Origin: Dictyostelium discoideum | Lineage: Eukaryota | Reading direction: 5' to 3' | Assembly (NCBI GenBank): GCA_000004695.1 | Contig: CM000150.2 | Coordinates: 4,544,001 to 4,608,000, forward strand | Length of the DNA: 64,000 bases | In this document: positions 56,795 to 64,000 of the stretch, one piece after another | How positions within the stretch are numbered: position 1 is the stretch's first letter | Layout of the letters: the number at the start of each line of letters is the position of its first letter | Notes under the pieces: model-generated | Databases searched by the model: none | The model's input: the letters and a program-made list of their open reading frames with translations, nothing else | What the model was told of the DNA's origin: nothing | Program-made: the position numbers and the translations under genes

Positions 56795-58080
56795 ATGAGT
56801 ACTACAACTAATAAAAAGCCAATTAGAGTTTATGTTGATGGTTGTTTTGATGTAAGTTTTTATTTATAAATAAAAAAATAAAAAAAAATAAAATAAAAAA
56901 TAAAAAAATGAAAATGAAAATAAAAATAAAAATAAAAAACATAAGGGACAAATTAATTAATTAATCTTAAAAAAAAAAAATAAAAATAAAAATAAAAATC
57001 AATTTTTTTTTTTTTTCAATTTTTTTTTATTTATTTATTAAAAAAAAAAAAAAGTTAATGCATTTTGGACATGCAAATGCATTAAGACAAGCAAGAGAAT
57101 TAGGAGATATTTTAGTAGTTGGTGTACATACAGATGAAGAAATTGCAAAAAATAAAGGTCCACCAGTTATGAATGAACAAGAAAGATATAAAGCAGTACG
57201 TGCATGTAAATGGGCAGATGAAGTTGCAGAAGGTGCACCTTATACTTTAACTGAAGAATATTTGGATAGTTTAAACTGTGATTTTTGTGTACATGGTGAA
57301 GATATTTCAGTTGGTGCAGATGGTAAAGATGTTTATGAAGGCATTAAAAAGAGTGGTAAATTTAGATTCATCAAACGTACTGAAGGTGTTTCAACAACCG
57401 AGTTGGTTGGTCGTATGTTATTATGCACCAAAGACCATCTTCAAAATGTTTCAGGTGAGCAAACCTCACCATTGGGAGGTGTCAATCCAAACGTTTTACA
57501 CAAACAATCACCATACACAAGTTTATCACATTTCCTCCCAACCACCAGAAAGATCGTCCAATTCTCAGAAGGTCGTTCACCAAAACCAAACGATAAAATC
57601 ATTTATATGGATGGTGGTTTCGATTTATTCCATGTAGGTCATACTGAGGCTTTGAAACAAGCAAGAGCACTCGGTGACTATCTCATCGTTGGTGTTCATG
57701 ATGATAGAGTAGTTCACGAACAAAAAGGTAGCAACTTCCCAATTATGAATTTACATGAACGTGTACTCTCTGTACTCTCATGTCGTTATGTCGATGAAGT
57801 TGTCATTGGTGCTCCATTCAGTGTCACCAAAGATATGATTGACTCACTTCACATCAATGTTGTCGTTCATGGTGATGATCAAGTTGTACTCGGTCCAGAA
57901 GGTGGTGTAGATCCATACAAACTCCCAAGAGAATTAGGTATTTACAAAGAAGTTAAACATACTGAAGGTCTCACTGCAACTGAAATCGTTAAAAGAATCA
58001 TTGATAATAGACTTCAATATGAAGCTCGTAATCGTAAAAAAGAAGCAAAAGAAATTAATTTCATTGAACAATCAAATTAA
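56795..58080 (+). CDS. Ethanolamine-phosphate cytidylyltransferase (two tandem CTP-transferase domains). Exons 56795..56851 and 57055..58080; intron 56852..57054.
   Basis: MSTTTNKKPIRVYVDGCFD|gtaagt...ag|LMHFGHANALRQARELGDILVVGVHTDEEI.... The second domain has IYMDGGFDLFHVGHTEALKQARALGDYLIVGVHDD. The two HxGH motifs and the overall length (about 360 aa) are typical of PCYT2/ECT. Confidence 0.85.
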
Positions 58081-58286
58081 AAAAAATTAAAAAATAAAAA
58101 ATAAAAATAAAACAAATAAAAAAAAAAATAGAAAAAAAATTTAATAAAATCTTTAAGTGACCCATCAAATCGATCTTAACTTTTCTTTATGAAAGAGAAA
58201 AAAAATAAAATAAAATAAAAAAAAAAAAAAATGTTCACAATTAGATGTGATCGTATTTAGATCCTGACTTTTTTTTTTTATTTTTT

Positions 58287-58319
<33 letters not shown>

Positions 58320-58526
58320 CATTTTACAAATAAAAAAAAAAAAAATAAAAAATAAAAAAAAAAGCCATGGGTATGTTCACAAAACCCAATTTTTATGGTG
58401 GGATTAAAAATTTAATTAATTTTGAATTAAATTTTGAATTCTGATGATTTTTTTTTTTTTTCATTTTTTTTTTTTTTTCAATAAATAGGATTTTTTTTTA
58501 TTTTATTTTTTTTTTTCAATACTTAA

Positions 58527-59687
<1,161 letters not shown>

Positions 59688-59790
59688 ATTATTTAATAAA
59701 TAATAAAAAAACAAATTGTTGTAATAATCTAATATTTTCTTTTTTTTTTAATTTTTTTTTTTTAAATCTTAATAATTATTAAGTTATTTT

Positions 59791-59830
<40 letters not shown>

Positions 59831-60152
59831 CTATCAAAAAAATCAAATATATTTAAAAAATTTATTATTTACAGATACATTTTGAATGGTGAAGATAAAT
59901 ATATGCATTAGATGTAAAACAGCCAAAGAGTATGAAAATCAAAAAGATAAAGCTTCACCAACAAAAACAAATACAACAACAATTATAGAAGAGGATTTTA
60001 TAAAAACAAAAAAAAAACAAATTCAGAAATAAAGAAAAGAATCAAATTCAATTTCCAAATTAAAAGTTTGTGTATTGTATTTAATTGTTCAATATTACCC
60101 AATTATAAATAATTTTAACTATCATCTTATTATAATATCAACTACTAACCAA

Positions 60153-60397
60153 CCCAATTGAACACGGTATCGTTACCAGCTGGGATCATATGGAAAAAAC
60201 TGGCATCATTCTTTCTACCATGAACTCAGTGTTGCTCAGAAGAACAGTCAGCCCTCTTAACTGAATCCCCATTTAATTAAAAGGCAAACAGAAGAAAAAT
60301 GACTCAAATTATGTTTGAAACCTTAAATACCCCAGCCATGTGCGTTGTTATCCATTCAAGCCGTCTTGTACTTATTTTCTTCTGGCCGTACCACTAC
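60153..60397 (+). pseudogene. Actin pseudogene fragment (corresponding to actin codons about 70-150), about 0.47 kb downstream of the intact actin gene
   Basis: cccaattgaacacggtatcgttacc...ggaaaaaa..ctggcatcat.ctttctac.atgaactc.gtgttgc...aaaaatgac.caaattatgtttgaaacctt.aa.accccagccatgt.cgt aligns to 58759-59010 of the actin CDS. It has multiple indels and frameshifts and no start. Confidence 0.8.
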
Positions 60398-60757
60398 AAG
60401 AATTGAAAAAAAGAAAAAAATTGACCTTAGGGATAAAATCATTTTATTTTATTTTATTTTATTTTATTAAGAAAAAATATTTTTGATGAGAATAAAATTA
60501 AAAATTGCCTTTTAAAAAAAAAAAAAAAAAAAAAATAGTAAAAAAAAAAAAAAAAAAAGAAGAAAAAAAAAAAAAAGTGGAGAAAAAAAAAAAAAAACCA
60601 AGATATTTTCATTCCCTGTTCTTCAAGAAAAAAAATAAAAATAAAAATAAAAAATTTAGACTCTCGTTTTTTTTTTTTGTTCTTTTGTTTTTTTTTTGTT
60701 TTTTTTTTTAAACAGATAAAAAATTAATTAATTGTAATAATTTATTAATTTTTTTTT

Positions 60758-61654
60758 TTAAATTGAATTTGTTGCAGAAAATGATGGATAAGACGAATTT
60801 GAAAGGATTGCGCCAGTATTATTAAAATTTTCAGAATTTATTGATTCTTCTTTAAAGAAATCACTATTTTTTTCTTGTTTTTCTTGTTTTTGTTTTTCTT
60901 GTTTTTCTTGTTTTTGTTTTTCTTTTTCATGTTGTTTTTTCAATTTATTATAATCAACACCACCTTCTTCTAAATTTTGATTTTTAGAATTTTTACTGAC
61001 ATCGAAAAATGGTTTAACTTGATTTAAAATCTTTGAAGTATATCTTAAAGATAATATTGATGATAGGATTGTAAAAGTTGCAGTTAAAAAACTAACACCC
61101 AAAGTTGCATATAAATTTCTATATTCACATTCCATATCATACCCAGTATCTTGTTGATCAGTAACAAGTTCACAAATTTTCTTTGAATCTTTAACAATTA
61201 TTGAATCATAAATTGATATATAGAAACCACCAACTCCAAGTGCAAATAAAAATAATGTTATTAACCAATAGTTTATTTTTGATTTTTTAATAATTGTTGA
61301 TATTAATAAAATTAAATCAATTATAATTATAAAACATATAATTATTCTTTGAATACTACTCCTATCTGCCCAAGCACATTCCGTTGTTAATACAGGTTTA
61401 TCATTATTATATGCTACTATTTTACTTGGTGATAATTTATATGAACATAAATCTTCTTTTTTTTTTTTTTTTTTTTTTTATTTTTTTTTTTTTTTGGTGT
61501 GAGTATTTTTATTTTTATTTTTTTATTTGTATTTTTAAAAAACACAATTACCTGTAACATTTGAAGAAATTTGAGAAAAAGATAATACTAATAAAGCGAT
61601 AACACTTAAAAAATTGAATAAATATAAAGTAATTATTAAAGATTTTAAGAGCAT
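60758..61654 (-). CDS. 4-TM membrane protein, tandem paralog A (266 aa). Exons 61552..61654 and 60758..61455; intron 61457..61551 (gtaatt...ag, phase 1).
   Basis: Exon 1 is MLLKSLIITLYLFNFLSVIALLVLSFSQISSNVT(G). Exon 2 begins EDLCSYKLSPSKIVAYNNDKPVLTTECAWADRSSIQRIIICFIIIIDLILLISTIIKKSKINYWLITLFLFALGVGGFYISIYDSIIVKDSKKICELVTDQQDTGYDMECEYRNLYATLGVSFLTATFTILSSILSLRYTSK. The C-terminus is an acidic/K-rich (QEKQEKQK) tail. Confidence 0.7.
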
Positions 61655-61943
61655 TTTCTTCTTTTTATTTTTAAATAAAAGAAACAAAAAATTGATATTT
61701 ATTTTTAATTTTTTTTTTTTTTTTTTTTTTTTACAAAAAAAAAAAAAAAAATCTTGGAGCTTTGAGAAAAACAACACAAAAATTAGAAGAAAAAAAAAAA
61801 AATTAGGCTCGATCTGAAAAGATTAAGCAGATCTACTTTTAAAAAAAAAAATACAAATAGATATCAAAAAAAAAAATATATATATATATACAAATATGAT
61901 TTTTATTTTATTATTTATTTTATTTTTTTAAAAATTTTTTTTT

Positions 61944-62819
<876 letters not shown>

Positions 62820-63268
62820 TTTATTTATAATATTTATATATGTTTATTATTTAAATAGTTGGGCGTTTATTTATTTATTATTTGTATTTATTTTCAAACA
62901 AAAATAAAATATAAAAAATTGATCATAAAAAATATCTTTTCCTTTTTTTTTTTTTTTTTTTTTTTTTGCCACTGCGTAATTTTATTGTTTTTTCAAGTGG
63001 ATTTCGATTTTTTTTTGCCAAAGTTTTTTCTTTTTTTTATTTTTATTTTTAGTTTTTGTTTTAGAATTCTGTTTATTCTTTTTTTTTTTTTTTTTTTTTG
63101 CCAGAGTTTTGTTCTTTTTTTTATTTTTATTTTTAGTTTTAGAATTTATTTTTTATTTTTTTTATTTTTTAAAAAAAAAAAAAATGAGTTATATACAATG
63201 GATTTTATTTTAATCAATTTTAAATTGATTCTTAAATAGGCGATGAGATTTATAAACGATAAAATATT

Positions 63269-63305
<37 letters not shown>

Positions 63306-64000
63306 TTAAATTGAATTTGAAGAAGAAGAAATGATTGGAGTTTTTTCTTCATCTTTTGCTTCATCATGATCGTGATGATGGTGATGATGATGATTGTCAC
63401 CATTGAAAATTCTTGATCTATATTTAAGTGCTAAAATTGAAGATAATAACATGAATAATGATGAACCAAAATTTAATGCAACAGTGCCATAGAAATATTT
63501 TAATTGACATTGACTACCCTCTAAAACCATATCAAAATTGGTATCATCGCAATAACTCTTTGTATTCTTAATAGCAAGACCATCAATAACTGATGAATAT
63601 CCACCAAATCCACCTATAACAAATAATAAAACAATTGCCTATATATTTATTTATTTATTTATTAAAAAAAGAGAAATAAATTAGTATATACTAATAAACA
63701 CTACTATTATTAATTGAAATGAGGGGAGAGAGACAGGGAGAGAAATAGAGAAAAGAATTTATATATATAAAAAAAAAAAAAAAAAAAAACATACAAATAT
63801 AAAAGAAAATCTCTTTGCTTTAAACATGAATACTATCAAACATATGATTGCAATAAAACCTAAACAATCAATTAATATTCTAATAGCACTTTGCTTTTCA
63901 GACCATGGACACATGGCATATGTTGAACCACTCTCTATTCTAATTGGTGTTACAACATCTTGTTCGCTACATAAACTTTCACTTAAACTTCCATTGGTTG
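63306..64000 (-). CDS. 4-TM membrane protein, tandem paralog C. Its 5' end lies beyond the window. Exons >64000..63795 and 63306..63638; intron 63639..63794 (gtatgt...ag).
   Basis: ...TNGSLSESLCSEQDVVTPIRIESGSTYAMCPWSEKQSAIRILIDCLGFIAIICLIVFMFKAKRFSFIF|...|AIVLLFVIGGFGGYSSVIDGLAIKNTKSYCDDTNFDMVLEGSQCQLKYFYGTVALNFGSSLFMLLSSILALKYRSRIFNGDNHHHHHHHDHDEAKDEE.... It has the same conserved Cys/Trp loop motifs and a His-rich tail. Confidence 0.65.

Overview
This window is AT-rich, intron-containing eukaryotic DNA with long poly-A/T tracts, tiny GTAAGT...AG introns and many (AAT)n/(ATT)n microsatellites. It is almost certainly nuclear DNA of Dictyostelium (D. discoideum-like), so prokaryotic concepts such as operons and CRISPR do not apply.

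Recognisable genes, in order:
- ubiquitin-activating enzyme E1 (uba1), 3 exons, + strand
- a roughly 2 kb 5'-truncated, tRNA-gene-targeted non-LTR retrotransposon (TRE-type) with a 17-bp target-site duplication, about 100 bp downstream of a tRNA-Ile(AAU) gene that carries an external B box; a second, 5'-truncated TRE-like ORF2 remnant lies upstream of the same tRNA
- a small intronless ORF with an HNH_3-like endonuclease motif followed by a CCHC zinc knuckle
- gelation factor ABP-120/filamin (abpC), 2 exons, - strand
- a large low-complexity hypothetical gene, + strand
- a second identical tRNA-Ile(AAU) with a conserved ex-B flank
- acid-sphingomyelinase-like phosphodiesterase with an intron splitting its saposin domain
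- kanadaptin-like FHA protein
- a 792-aa orphan ORF
- a 1528-aa villin/gelsolin-family protein with a villin headpiece and about 40 tandem KELADKLEKE-type repeats
- GT13 (GnT-I-like) glycosyltransferase
- DOMON-cytochrome b561 protein
- three tandem FNIP-repeat paralogs
- a frameshifted N-terminal fragment of an FAD-dependent oxidoreductase
- a putative small secreted multi-exon gene whose introns are microsatellites
- a 4-copy, roughly 1.33 kb tandem array, each unit encoding a near-identical 138-aa secreted protein
- a peptidase-C45/Ntn-hydrolase-like secreted protein, 3 exons
- ethanolamine-phosphate cytidylyltransferase, 2 exons
- an intronless actin gene followed by an actin pseudogene fragment
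- three tandem paralogs of a 4-TM membrane protein with Cys-containing loops and His-rich tails

The observations most worth a second look are the 4-copy tandem secreted-protein array, the HNH + zinc-knuckle ORF, the duplicated tRNA-Ile neighbourhoods with TRE insertions, and the two tandem families (FNIP-repeat and 4-TM).
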